Assembly (NCBI GenBank): GCA_036676395.1
Contig: JAKFCY010000002.1
Location: forward strand, 1,472,001-1,536,000
Direction of reading: 5' to 3'
DNA from: Bdellovibrio sp.
GTDB lineage: Bacteria; Bdellovibrionota; Bdellovibrionia; Bdellovibrionales; Bdellovibrionaceae
DNA: 64,000 nt
Both the position numbers and the translations under genes were made by a program. Numbering within the stretch: position 1 is the stretch's first letter; each line of letters starts with the position of its first letter. This document shows positions 9,185 to 19,111 of the stretch, piece after piece. The notes under the pieces are model-generated. The model had not been told where the DNA came from. It searched no databases and saw nothing but the letters and a program-made list of their open reading frames with translations.

Positions 9185-10328
9185 GAACTTCCTCGTTTAA
9201 AAATTTTAAAATCTCATTTTTTTGATTTAAACAATCGCTATGCCCCATTGAAATCAAATTATTGCAGAAGTCACTGTCAAATAAAAGATAACTTAAAAGC
9301 TCACTCGCTTCATCTAAATTACCAAAAGCATTTATCGTCATACGTAAAATACGAGGAATGTGATGAGCTTTAGTGCGCGCAAGTTCGCCGATATCTTGAC
9401 TTGGCGAAATGCAAATCGCCGGAATTTTTTTCAACGTGTTGGCTTTAAAATGGGTGTTGCTCGCAGTGGCTTCGTCGTAAAGATCATTTAATCTTTGAAT
9501 GCGATGAACATCTTGTTCAACTGAATCAAGCATCACAGCATTCAATAACGTATTTAGAATTCTTACCATTGAAGCTTCGTGTATTTCTTTTGAATTTTCT
9601 TTGAGCGGAGCGCCGCCGCTGCTGTTCGCAGATCTAACGCCGATCACCAAAAGTTTATTTGCTCCCATGCGAATCGAAGGGCTGCAGGGTGTACTATTGC
9701 GAACACAGCCATCGCCGTACGGCTCGCCGTTGATTTGAATTGGCGGAAACAACATCGGAATCGCTGAGCTGGCTAAGATGTGTTCTGATGTTAATTGCGA
9801 ATGAACAGCTTTTCTACGGATTTCTTTCCACTTAAGCATCGATTCGTTCACGCGTGAAGCGGTTTGAACAAAACTTACGGCGCTATTTCTAGAATAGTTG
9901 TTCGCCGTAATGATTACGCTATCAAACAATCCTTTTTCTAGGTTTGGCTGCACATTTGAAAAATCGCAATTTTTGTCAATCAGATTTTTAAGTGGTGAAG
10001 TGTCTAATAGAGAGTTAAACGTCTTTTTCTTTCCTAACAATGCGCCCAATCCAAGTGTGTTTAAAGACATAATATCAGCTTTAAACACCTGATCAGTTTT
10101 AATCTTTGCCCAGAGCTGTACTAATTCAACAACGGCTGAGTGAAAATCCTTGGTCGTTGAAGCAAGTTTAGCTGTATTTATTGCGCCGGCACTGGTGCCG
10201 GATAAAATCCGAAATGGAGGGGCAATTTTCTCTTTTTTTAAAATTTCAGAAATCCCCTGAAGAACTCCGACTTGATAGGCTCCGCGGGCACCACCGCCAG
10301 ATAAAACTAAAGCTGTATTATTACTCAT
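9177..10328 (-). CDS. Patatin-like phospholipase
   Basis: LSGGGARG, GTSAG, ASSAIP, DG(C); likely start ATG 10328 (track start 10343). Confidence 0.9.
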   Translation of the reverse strand: MSNNTALVLSGGGARGAYQVGVLQGISEILKKEKIAPPFRILSGTSAGAINTAKLASTTKDFHSAVVELVQLWAKIKTDQVFKADIMSLNTLGLGALLGKKKTFNSLLDTSPLKNLIDKNCDFSNVQPNLEKGLFDSVIITANNYSRNSAVSFVQTASRVNESMLKWKEIRRKAVHSQLTSEHILASSAIPMLFPPIQINGEPYGDGCVRNSTPCSPSIRMGANKLLVIGVRSANSSGGAPLKENSKEIHEASMVRILNTLLNAVMLDSVEQDVHRIQRLNDLYDEATASNTHFKANTLKKIPAICISPSQDIGELARTKAHHIPRILRMTINAFGNLDEASELLSYLLFDSDFCNNLISMGHSDCLNQKNEILKFLNEEVHE

Positions 10329-10416
10329 AGTCCTAGTCTTCACTAGAGATTGGCCATTTGTCAGTAGTCACAAATCAGTGACTAGACTTCGGACCCGTTA
10401 AGCAAGAGATGTCACT

Positions 10417-10509
10417 GTCTCAGAGTGACTCGTAAAATTGAGTGGATTTGCATCATGATGAGACGTTTTCTGTCTCGTTTTAAGAGGGTGGATTGGCATC
10501 TTTGTTGTA
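10417..10509 (+). promoter_or_regulatory. Three GTCTCA-N3-TGAGAC-like palindromes plus a sigma54-like -24/-12 element
   Basis: Palindromes start at 10417, 10450 and 10472; TGGCATCTTTGTTGTA at 10494-10509. Confidence 0.5.
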
Positions 10510-10549
10510 TCTCTAACAAACATAGGTCTTAACGAAAAAGCGAGGTTTT

Positions 10550-11113
10550 ATGAAAAACTTAAACTTAAACAAAACGATTCTCTTATTGTTATTAGCAACA
10601 TTTGCTTTTTCGGGTCTATCTTGCGCAAAAAAAGAATCAAAAATTCGTGGAGCTAAAACAAACCAGCAAGTGATGAATCCTCAAGTTACAAACCAATCAA
10701 TCACTGTCGCCGAAACACAAGATATCAGTTATATGTTAAATTCAGTTTCTATTCCTGAAGCCAACCAAGATGGATCAAATACAGTAACCTCTGAAATCGT
10801 GAGTCGCGCTTCTAACTTTATTCCTATATATACAACCCACACCGAGAACCAAGATTCTTACGGAATTCATGACGATGCTTCTCAAGGCACTAAATTGGAT
10901 ATCCGCGCTCGTTGTATCGGAGCTGCTTGCGAAAAATACGTGCTTTTGGTGACGGTAGTTAAAAATGGGTATGCTTATCATCAAATGGCAGCAATTTCGT
11001 TTAAAGATGATAATTTTTTCTATGTCGAACAAAGAAATTACCGCGTTGCTCAGATGTATAAAAACGTAGATGAAGTGCTGGCGCAAAACGCAAATCTACA
11101 AGCCGGAAACTAA
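10550..11113 (+). CDS. Lipoprotein of unknown function
   Basis: Signal peptide with GLS-C lipobox; GAGG RBS. Confidence 0.8.
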   Translation: MKNLNLNKTILLLLLATFAFSGLSCAKKESKIRGAKTNQQVMNPQVTNQSITVAETQDISYMLNSVSIPEANQDGSNTVTSEIVSRASNFIPIYTTHTENQDSYGIHDDASQGTKLDIRARCIGAACEKYVLLVTVVKNGYAYHQMAAISFKDDNFFYVEQRNYRVAQMYKNVDEVLAQNANLQAGN

Positions 11114-11148
11114 TTGTTCTTCTTAAAATAAATCTATAAGCTCATGGA

Positions 11149-11796
11149 ATGTCTGAATTAATACATTCCATTTTGAATCTTGATCAAACTCTAAATCTTT
11201 GGCTTCAGCTTTACGGATCAGGTGTATATCTGGTTTTGTTTTTAATTATCTTTGCTGAAACAGGTCTGGTCATTATGCCATTCTTGCCAGGCGATTCTTT
11301 GCTATTTGCAGCCGGCGCACTGTGTGCGATTAATCCCGTTGATATAAAAATTGAGTTTTTAATCCCTTTGTTGATCTGTGCATCTTTGATAGGCGATAGT
11401 TTAAACTATTACGTGGGTCTTAAATATGGTCGAAGACTCTTTGAATCTAAACACTCGTTAAGTTTTCTTTTTTCACCAAAGTATCTTCAAGCGACAGAAG
11501 AATTCTATATAAAGAAGGGCTTATGGGCGGTTTCTCTAGCGCGGTTTTTCCCCATCATTAGAACTTTTGCTCCGTTTGTAGCAGGTCTTACGAAAATGCC
11601 TTATAAGGTTTTTGTTAAAATGTCGATTTTAGGATCTATCGCCTGGGTGAGCATTTTTGCTACCGCTGGGTATCTATTTGGCCAAATCCCCTTTGTCCAA
11701 AACAACTTCACAATCCTAGTAATGGGTGTAGTTGGGTTGTCATTGACACCATTTTTAGTGGGTATAATTAAGCGAACATTCGTGAAAAGTTTATAA
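11149..11796 (+). CDS. DedA family membrane protein
   Basis: FAETGLV..PFLPGDSLLFAAG, ARFFPIIRTFAPFVAG. Confidence 0.95.
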   Translation: MSELIHSILNLDQTLNLWLQLYGSGVYLVLFLIIFAETGLVIMPFLPGDSLLFAAGALCAINPVDIKIEFLIPLLICASLIGDSLNYYVGLKYGRRLFESKHSLSFLFSPKYLQATEEFYIKKGLWAVSLARFFPIIRTFAPFVAGLTKMPYKVFVKMSILGSIAWVSIFATAGYLFGQIPFVQNNFTILVMGVVGLSLTPFLVGIIKRTFVKSL

Positions 11797-11852
11797 ACTA
11801 AGCACAATTTATGTTTTTTTCACTAAATTAGAGTTGAATTGACCCCAAATAA

Positions 11853-11868
11853 TGGCACTATCTTTGCG
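11853..11868 (+). promoter_or_regulatory. sigma54 -24/-12 promoter
   Basis: TGGCAC-TATCT-TTGCG, near-perfect RpoN consensus upstream of the 11934 gene. Confidence 0.75.
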
Positions 11869-11933
11869 ATCGACCTATCTAAAAGGCTAGGTCCTAATTT
11901 TAGGAAAATAAACAATACTTAAGGGGGAATTAA

Positions 11934-12965
11934 GTGAAACTAAATCTAATCGCAGCATTATTATTATGCGCATCGGTAGCAACAGCTGCCTCAGAAACAA
12001 CGACAACAACAACGACGACTACAGCAGCTCCGGCTACTGAAGCTCCTGCAAAAGCTGTTAAAAAAGCTAAGAAAAAAGCAGCAGCTAAAAAAGACGAAAA
12101 GAAAGACAGCGCAACAGTAGCTCCAGCGACTACAGCTCCTGCAGCAGCAATCGCTCCAGCAGCGGCTACTTCAACTGCAGCGGCTCCTGCGGTACAAGCT
12201 CCAGCTAAAAAATGGGGTGTAACTTTACTTAACGAAATCGATGCTGACTATGCAGCTGGTAAAGATTTAGGTAATTCAACTCTTACGACAATCAACTACG
12301 TTGCAGCTTCTTATAAAATCACTGCAACTGAAAAAGTTGGCTTACGTCAGTATTACACATATGACTACGATCCTAAATCTGAAAAATCTTTTGAATCTTC
12401 AGACATCAAACAGTCATTCACAGTAGCGACTATCGGTACTAAAATGAAAGGTATCTTAGGTTCTGATGATATCTCTCCAATGTTCTGGTACTACATGCCA
12501 GGCCATACAGCTGAAGAAACTAACTTCGGTAAAGACATGGATAATTTCGCAGGTATCTTACGTATGGATGCTGAATTAAATTACACGTTAAATCCTAAAT
12601 GGTCTGCTTCTTACTACTTAAATCCACGTCAAACTTTAGGTGCGACTGATAAAGAAGCTAACTTTGAAGCGACTTCTCGTTTAATTCACTACGCTAACTT
12701 ATACTACAATGTTTCTGATGAGACTCAAGTATACGCTAACGCAGGTTTTGATCACAAAATGGCTACGGCTAACTTAACATCTACTTCTGATTACTACTTA
12801 TCAGCAGTTGGTTTTTCTACTTCTTTCTTTGGTGGTAAATTAACTTTAAATCCAGAAGTTAACGTTGCAACAGCTTTAAAAACTAAAGGTGCTGCTACTA
12901 AATCTCAAGAATTATACAAAAAAGAAAATATCGCTTACGCTTTCGTAACTGTTATTGCTCTTTAA
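11934..12965 (+). CDS. Putative abundant outer-membrane beta-barrel protein with an Ala/Thr/Pro/Lys-rich N-terminal linker
   Basis: Signal peptide, low-complexity linker, amphipathic Tyr-rich strands, strongly biased codons (GCT/GCA, AAC, TAC), own terminator. Confidence 0.65.
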   Translation: MKLNLIAALLLCASVATAASETTTTTTTTTAAPATEAPAKAVKKAKKKAAAKKDEKKDSATVAPATTAPAAAIAPAAATSTAAAPAVQAPAKKWGVTLLNEIDADYAAGKDLGNSTLTTINYVAASYKITATEKVGLRQYYTYDYDPKSEKSFESSDIKQSFTVATIGTKMKGILGSDDISPMFWYYMPGHTAEETNFGKDMDNFAGILRMDAELNYTLNPKWSASYYLNPRQTLGATDKEANFEATSRLIHYANLYYNVSDETQVYANAGFDHKMATANLTSTSDYYLSAVGFSTSFFGGKLTLNPEVNVATALKTKGAATKSQELYKKENIAYAFVTVIAL

Positions 12966-13016
12966 TTTTAAAATTTTGCCGCAGGCGAATAGCCTAACAA
13001 AATATTAGAATAAACG

Positions 13017-13043
13017 AAAAGCCGGTTGAAAAACCGGCTTTTT
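13017..13043 (+). terminator. Intrinsic terminator
   Basis: AAAAGCCGGTT-GAAA-AACCGGCTTTTT. Confidence 0.9.
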
Positions 13044-13059
13044 GCGTTTTAGATATGTT

Positions 13060-13371
13060 ATGCGCATACGACAAATGGGATTCTCATCAAAGCTTAAAGC
13101 CCATAAGCATCTACTGACTCTTGAAACTTTAAAATTTATCTCTGAATTTATGGAAGACGGTAATGCCCGGGGCGCAGCTCTTCGCATTGGCATTCCTGAA
13201 ACCTATGCTGGTCGCTACGGCCAATGGCTTAAGAAGCACAGCTTTGTAAAACAAGCCATGGAATCAGAATTAGACGACCGCGAACTCTTAAAACTTCGTA
13301 AAGCTCTGAGTGAAATCGATCGTCAGATGCAAGTCTGTAAGGATATTTTAAATCTTGAAGAAATCGAGTAA
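13060..13371 (+). CDS. Small hypothetical protein, possible HTH plus coiled coil
   Basis: ORF; 'NARGAALRIGIPETYA' is HTH-like; start uncertain (ATG 13060 or 13075). Confidence 0.55.
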   Translation: MRIRQMGFSSKLKAHKHLLTLETLKFISEFMEDGNARGAALRIGIPETYAGRYGQWLKKHSFVKQAMESELDDRELLKLRKALSEIDRQMQVCKDILNLEEIE

Positions 13372-13387
13372 GGCCGAAAAGAGTAGA

Positions 13388-13990
13388 TTAGTACTCTTCA
13401 GCGCCATCATCAACTTCGTTAGTTAACGCTTCACCGGCTGGTAAATATGGTAGGGGATCAATTGGTCCGTCAGCTTTTCTGATTTCGAAATGCAAATGCG
13501 GTCCAGAAGATCTGCCTGTGTTACCTAAGGCTCCGATCACATCGCCTTGTTTTACGCGTTGGCCTTCGTAGACAACGATCTTATCTAAATGGCCGTAAAG
13601 CGTAGCCCAGCCATCTTTTTCGACCATAACCATCTTGCCATAGCCCTTAAACTCTTTGCCTGTGTAGATCACCATGCCGTCGTGTGAAGACATAACGGCC
13701 GTTCCACGTTGCGCAGCTAAATCAATGCCTTTGTGTGGGCGTTTGCGCTTACGTGTGACCTTAGGTAAGAATCCGCGCGACATACGAGCTTCTTGAACTG
13801 GCCAGTCAAAAAAGGGCTTTTCTTTAAAGCGTTGGGGTTTGCTTTTTTTAAATGAATTGGTGTCTTTATCAATTTCAACTTTTACTTCTTCGCCATTTTC
13901 GTTTTTAACGGGCGCACTTGTGCAGCCTGATTCAGTAAGTAGAACTAAAGCCGTGATTGATAAAACTAATAAATTGGAAAACTTTTGCAT
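13388..13990 (-). CDS. M23 family peptidoglycan endopeptidase (lipoprotein)
   Basis: [28 protein letters not shown] lipobox. Confidence 0.92.
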   Translation of the reverse strand: MQKFSNLLVLSITALVLLTESGCTSAPVKNENGEEVKVEIDKDTNSFKKSKPQRFKEKPFFDWPVQEARMSRGFLPKVTRKRKRPHKGIDLAAQRGTAVMSSHDGMVIYTGKEFKGYGKMVMVEKDGWATLYGHLDKIVVYEGQRVKQGDVIGALGNTGRSSGPHLHFEIRKADGPIDPLPYLPAGEALTNEVDDGAEEY

Positions 13991-15228
13991 AGTTCTTTCA
14001 CTTGGTTGTGTATTCTTTGATGTAATTCTGTGTTTTCTGGATTTTTTAAAACTTGAGAAATCCAGCCTGCGATGGTTTTCATTTCGGCTTCTTTCATCCC
14101 ACGCGTTGTTAAAGCCGGTGACCCAATACGGATACCACTTGTTACAAACGGAGAACGAGTTTCATTCGGCACTGTGTTTTTATTTACTGTAATGCCTGCT
14201 AAATCTAAAATGCCTTCAGCCACTTTACCAGTTACCGTGTCTGCCACTTTAGATTGTTTTAAATCGACTAAAATTAAATGATTATCTGTACCGCCGGTGA
14301 CGATATTAAAGCCTTCTGCTTTTAATTCTTCAGCTAAGACGCGGGCATTTTTAATAACATGATCAATGTAGGTTTTAAATTCTGGCTGCAGAGCTTCGCC
14401 AAAGGCGACCGCTTTACCTGCGATCACGTGTTCTAACGGTCCACCTTGAATGCCTGGAAATATTTTTGAATTGATCGTTTTAGCTTTTTCTTCTGAATTA
14501 GTTAGAATTAAACCACCACGAGGACCGCGTAATGTTTTGTGCGTGGTAGATGTTGTGTAATCAGCGAATTCAACAGGTGACTGGTGATGACCGCTGGCAA
14601 CTAGGCCTGCAAAGTGAGCCATATCAACTAATAATTCTGCACCTACTTCATTTGCGATTTCACGAAATTTTGCAAAATCTAAATGTCGTGAATATGCAGA
14701 ATAACCTGCGATAATTAATTTAGGTTTTACTTCGCGAGCTGTAGTGCGAATGGTGTCGTAATTAATTAATCCTGTCGTTGGATCTAATTTGTAGCTTGCG
14801 GCTTTGAAAAGCAGTCCAGAAAAATTAACAGGCGAGCCATGAGTTAAATGCCCACCGTGAGATAAATCCATTCCTAAAATAGTGTCACCAGCTTTTACCG
14901 CAGCCAAGTACACCGCCATATTAGCTTGTGATCCCGCATGGGGTTGGACGTTTGCAAATTTAGAATTAAAAAGTTTTTTCGCACGCTCGATAGCAATTGA
15001 TTCTACACCATCCACGAACTGGCAGCCGCCGTAATAGCGTTTTCCTGGATAACCTTCAGCGTATTTATTTGTAAGAATTGAACCTTGGGCTTTCATCACT
15101 TGAGGTGATGTGTAATTTTCAGAAGCGATCATTTCTAAACCAAACTTTTGGCGCTCGAACTCTTGATCGATCAAATTAAATACATCTGTATCGTTAAAAT
15201 TAGGAAAAACATTAGTAGTAGTGGCCAT
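13966..15228 (-). CDS. glyA: Serine hydroxymethyltransferase
   Basis: [33 protein letters not shown]. Confidence 0.99.
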   Translation of the reverse strand: MATTTNVFPNFNDTDVFNLIDQEFERQKFGLEMIASENYTSPQVMKAQGSILTNKYAEGYPGKRYYGGCQFVDGVESIAIERAKKLFNSKFANVQPHAGSQANMAVYLAAVKAGDTILGMDLSHGGHLTHGSPVNFSGLLFKAASYKLDPTTGLINYDTIRTTAREVKPKLIIAGYSAYSRHLDFAKFREIANEVGAELLVDMAHFAGLVASGHHQSPVEFADYTTSTTHKTLRGPRGGLILTNSEEKAKTINSKIFPGIQGGPLEHVIAGKAVAFGEALQPEFKTYIDHVIKNARVLAEELKAEGFNIVTGGTDNHLILVDLKQSKVADTVTGKVAEGILDLAGITVNKNTVPNETRSPFVTSGIRIGSPALTTRGMKEAEMKTIAGWISQVLKNPENTELHQRIHNQVKELCKSFPIY

Positions 15229-15243
15229 AGATACCTCGCTGTC

Positions 15244-15696
15244 TTAGCAGTATGACGGATTTTCGCCAAGTTTTGCAACTCGCAACGTGTGACGACCTTC
15301 GCTGAATTTTGCTTCCATAAATAGCTTGATCCATTTATTTGCTTGTTCTGTAGTGGTAAAGCGAGAACCCATGCAAATTACATTGGCATTGTTATGTTCT
15401 TTAGCAAGTTTTGCAATTTCATCTGAATGTAAAAGAGCTGCGCGGATATGCTTAAATTTATTTGCACGCATCGCCATGCCCTGGCCTGAGCCACAAACTA
15501 AAATACCGAAAGTATCAGCATCATCGGGTTTAATTTTTTCACATACTTTATTGGCAAAGTCAGGATAGTCTACTGACTCTGTTGTAAACGGACCGAAGTC
15601 TGAAACTTCATAACCTTCAGCTTTTAATTGAGTAACAATAGCGGCTTTTAGGTCGATCGCTGCATGATCGCCTGCAATTAAGATTTTTTTAGTCAT
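15244..15696 (-). CDS. rpiB: Ribose-5-phosphate isomerase B
   Basis: DHA, VDYPD, CGSGQGM, HNNANV, GRH..RV. Confidence 0.97.
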   Translation of the reverse strand: MTKKILIAGDHAAIDLKAAIVTQLKAEGYEVSDFGPFTTESVDYPDFANKVCEKIKPDDADTFGILVCGSGQGMAMRANKFKHIRAALLHSDEIAKLAKEHNNANVICMGSRFTTTEQANKWIKLFMEAKFSEGRHTLRVAKLGENPSYC

Positions 15697-15710
15697 ACGT
15701 TAATCGTATG

Positions 15711-16979
15711 TTATTTTTCGAATTTTGAGAAAACTAAACAGCTGTTTGTCCCACCGAATCCAAAAGAATTATTCATCACATGATTAATTTGACCTTTGCG
15801 CGCCGTGTTCGGAACGTAATCAAGGTCACAATCAGGGCTAACATTCTCTAGATTGATCGTTGGAGCTACTGTTTGCGATACGATAGACTGAATACAAAAC
15901 GCTGATTCTAAAGCTCCTGCAGCCCCTAATAAGTGGCCAGTCATAGACTTCGTTGAAGAAACCCAAACTTTTTTTGCATGATCTTTTAAAATAGACTTAA
16001 CGGCGTTTGATTCAATGGGATCACCCATCGGCGTCGAAGTTCCGTGAGCGTTAATGTAATTCACTTGCTCAGGCTTAATACCAGCATCAGTTAATGCATT
16101 GTTCATCGCTAAGATAAATCCTGCACCATTTGGTTCTGGAGAAGTGATATGGTACGCATCTGATGAGGCGCCATAGCCTGTAATTTCACATAAAATATTG
16201 GCATTGCGTTTTATTGCTGACTCTAAAGATTCAATCACAAAAATTGCGCAACCTTCACCAAGAACAAAACCATCACGGTCTTTATCCCAAGGACGACTGG
16301 CTTTTGTTGGATCATCATTACGAGTTGATAGCGCACGCATATTGCTAAAACCAGCGATCGCTAAAGGACAGATTGTAGATTCTGTACCGCCTGCAACCAT
16401 GGCATCAGCAAGGCCAAAACGAATGTAATTATAAGCTTCGCCGATGGAATGCACACCCGAAGCGCAAGCTGAAGCTATGCTGTAACTTGGACCTTTAAGG
16501 TTATGATTCATCGAGATCCAGCCTGCAGCTAAATTTGTAATTGCCGCCGGAATAAAAAATGGAGACACGCGCGAAGGGCCACGCTCCATCACTTTAGTAT
16601 GTTGTTCTTCGATAATTGGAAGACCGCCCATACCAGATCCGATGATGGCACCCACACGTGGAGCCAAGGCATCAGACACTGTTAATCCTGATTGAGTAAA
16701 TGCCATTTTCGCACAAGCAATCGCGTAATGGATAAAAGTATCCATTTTCTTTTGCTCTTTTTTCTCAATGTAGGTGTCAGGATTAAAATTTTTAACTTCA
16801 CCGCCGAAGCGAACATCGAACTTACTAGTATCAAATTTAGTGATATTAGCGATACCTGAAACGCCGTTAATGGCATTGTTCCAAGTGTCTTCAAGTGAAT
16901 TACCAAGCGGGGAGATGACTCCCATGCCTGTAATTACAACTCTTTGCTGTCCGCCTTTGCGAGTGAAAGAAATAGACAT
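15711..16979 (-). CDS. fabF: 3-oxoacyl-ACP synthase II
   Basis: SACASG, NAHGTST, KSMTGHLLGAAG, NSFGFGG. Confidence 0.98.
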   Translation of the reverse strand: MSISFTRKGGQQRVVITGMGVISPLGNSLEDTWNNAINGVSGIANITKFDTSKFDVRFGGEVKNFNPDTYIEKKEQKKMDTFIHYAIACAKMAFTQSGLTVSDALAPRVGAIIGSGMGGLPIIEEQHTKVMERGPSRVSPFFIPAAITNLAAGWISMNHNLKGPSYSIASACASGVHSIGEAYNYIRFGLADAMVAGGTESTICPLAIAGFSNMRALSTRNDDPTKASRPWDKDRDGFVLGEGCAIFVIESLESAIKRNANILCEITGYGASSDAYHITSPEPNGAGFILAMNNALTDAGIKPEQVNYINAHGTSTPMGDPIESNAVKSILKDHAKKVWVSSTKSMTGHLLGAAGALESAFCIQSIVSQTVAPTINLENVSPDCDLDYVPNTARKGQINHVMNNSFGFGGTNSCLVFSKFEK

Positions 16980-16988
16980 AAAATAGTC

Positions 16989-17225
16989 TTAAGCTTTGCC
17001 TTTAGAAACTAGGTAGCTTTGCACGTCATTAACTGTTTTTAATTTTTCAGCGTCTTCATCAGGAATTTCGATATCGAATTCTTCTTCCATCGCCATAACT
17101 AATTCAACGATATCTAAGCTGTCAGCGCCTAAGTCTTCAATGAATTTTGACTCTAATTTTACTTTCTCAGGATCTACGCCTAATTGATCAACGATGATAT
17201 CTTTTACTTTAGCTTGTACTGCCAT
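16989..17225 (-). CDS. acpP: Acyl carrier protein
   Basis: [14 protein letters not shown]; start ATG 17225 with AGGAG RBS. Confidence 0.98.
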   Translation of the reverse strand: MAVQAKVKDIIVDQLGVDPEKVKLESKFIEDLGADSLDIVELVMAMEEEFDIEIPDEDAEKLKTVNDVQSYLVSKGKA

Positions 17226-17294
17226 GTGGTTCTCCTTGTAGTTCTTGTATCTTTCAAATTTAATTGAATTTAAATTAATATCCAAATTTATGTT

Positions 17295-18035
17295 TTAGTT
17301 TAAATAAAGTCCACCATTTACATGTAACGTCTGACCGGTGATGTATGAAGAGGCATCGCTTAATAAAAATGCTACTGTTTGTGCAACTTCATGGGGTTCG
17401 CCAGCGCGTCCTAAGGGTATTTTTTCTGAGAAATATTTGAGCTGATCCTCACTTAAAGCATTGGTCATATCACTTGAGATATAACCTGGTGCTACCGCGT
17501 TGATACGAATGTTTCTTGAAGCTAATTCAAGCGCTAATGAGCGGGTGAAGCCTTCAAGGCCAGCCTTAGATGCCGCATAGTTTGATTGACCAGCGTTACC
17601 GCTAGAGCCGATGACTGAAGAAATATTAACAACTGATGCGTTTCTAGTTTTTAACAAGTTTTTTGCAAAAGCTTTGCTGACATAAAAAGCACCATAAAGA
17701 TTGGCTTTTAGTACGGCATCAAAGTCTTCATCTTTCATGCGTAGTAATAATTGGTCTTTTGTAATTCCAGCGTTGTTAACAACGCCGTGAATATCGCCAA
17801 AAGCTTCAATAACTTTTGCCGAAGTGGCATCGACTTCTTCTTTAACCGTAACATTCATTTTAAAAGTCAGATGACCTTCACCAGGTAGAGAGCTTAAGAT
17901 GGCCTGCGCTTGCGCTTCAGCGCTAGAATACGTGAACGCGACACGTGCGCCGGCTTCCGCACATTGTTTAACGATAGCTGCGCCAATACCACGGCTTCCA
18001 CCAGTGATAAAAATGTTTTTACCTTTTAAGTTCAC
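17295..18035 (-). CDS. fabG: 3-oxoacyl-ACP reductase
   Basis: [21 protein letters not shown]; fab cluster context. Confidence 0.97.
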   Translation of the reverse strand: MNLKGKNIFITGGSRGIGAAIVKQCAEAGARVAFTYSSAEAQAQAILSSLPGEGHLTFKMNVTVKEEVDATSAKVIEAFGDIHGVVNNAGITKDQLLLRMKDEDFDAVLKANLYGAFYVSKAFAKNLLKTRNASVVNISSVIGSSGNAGQSNYAASKAGLEGFTRSLALELASRNIRINAVAPGYISSDMTNALSEDQLKYFSEKIPLGRAGEPHEVAQTVAFLLSDASSYITGQTLHVNGGLYLN

Positions 18036-18095
18036 ATTAACTCCTGAATCTATAACCTGAACGAACTAGAGCTATTGCTCAAGGTTTTTTTACGA

Positions 18096-19067
18096 TTACT
18101 TTTGCGCTGCTTCAATAAGCTTTAAATCGTCCAAGTTTTGTGTTGAAAACACTTCGAATTCAGGATCAATTTTCTTTAATAAGCCCTTTAAAACGCTGCC
18201 ATGACCACACTCAACAAATCGTTTATGACCTGCTTGTTTCATAGCCAACATGCTTTGAGTCCATTTGACCGAGCCAGAAACCTGTTTGATTAGATTTTCT
18301 TTTAAAATTAAAGCGTCAGTTTCAGCTTTTGCATGAAAATTTTGAAAGATTGGAAGCGTTGAATTTTGAAAATTTACGCCATTTAAAAAGGCGCGCATTT
18401 TTTCTTCTGCTGGCTTCATTAAATCACAGTGAAAAGGAGCGGACACAGTCAGTGGAATTAACTTCGCGCGACGAGGTTCTGGTAACCCGTTGGTCGCAAA
18501 AATTTCTGATTTAAAATTATCTTTTAGCCAATTTAAGGCTTTTAAACTTCCACTGATAACGATCTGGCCATCGCAGTTAAAGTTTGCGGCGTTGACCGGT
18601 TTAAATCCTGAGTTTTTTTCTGTCCATTGACATAAGAACATAACTTGCGCTTCGTCTAAACCTAATGTGGCCGTCATTCCACCTTCGCCAACAGGTACAG
18701 CTGATTGCATGTAGTGGCCACGTTTGCGTACAGCGCGAATTGCGTCTGGAAAACTAAATACTGAGCCTTCAACAAATGACGAGTATTCGCCGATTGAGTG
18801 CCCAGCTGTTGCAGAAGACTTAAGGCCGAAAGTCGTTTTCAAAACGCGGGCAGTGGCCACTGAAGTAGTTAAAAGGGCTGGTTGAGTATTTTCTGTTAAA
18901 GCTAGATCTTGTTCAGAGCCTTCAAAACATAATTTTTTTAAATCAATTGATAAAGCGTCACTGGCTTCTTCGTAAGTGTTACGCGCGATTGCGAATTCAT
19001 CGAATAAGAATTTTCCCATTCCTGGGGCTTGGCTTCCTTGTCCTGGAAAAATAAAAGAAAATGACAT
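18096..19067 (-). CDS. fabD: Malonyl-CoA:ACP transacylase
   Basis: FPGQGSQ, TQPAL, GHSIGEY, SAPFH. Confidence 0.97.
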   Translation of the reverse strand: MSFSFIFPGQGSQAPGMGKFLFDEFAIARNTYEEASDALSIDLKKLCFEGSEQDLALTENTQPALLTTSVATARVLKTTFGLKSSATAGHSIGEYSSFVEGSVFSFPDAIRAVRKRGHYMQSAVPVGEGGMTATLGLDEAQVMFLCQWTEKNSGFKPVNAANFNCDGQIVISGSLKALNWLKDNFKSEIFATNGLPEPRRAKLIPLTVSAPFHCDLMKPAEEKMRAFLNGVNFQNSTLPIFQNFHAKAETDALILKENLIKQVSGSVKWTQSMLAMKQAGHKRFVECGHGSVLKGLLKKIDPEFEVFSTQNLDDLKLIEAAQK

Positions 19068-19111
19068 AACAACTCCTTGTTACTGATATTTAATATTTCA
19101 AATATGTAATT

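Noticed and set aside
11995..12210. Tandem ACA/GCA repeats as a DNA repeat element
   Set aside because: Explained by the low-complexity Thr/Ala protein linker
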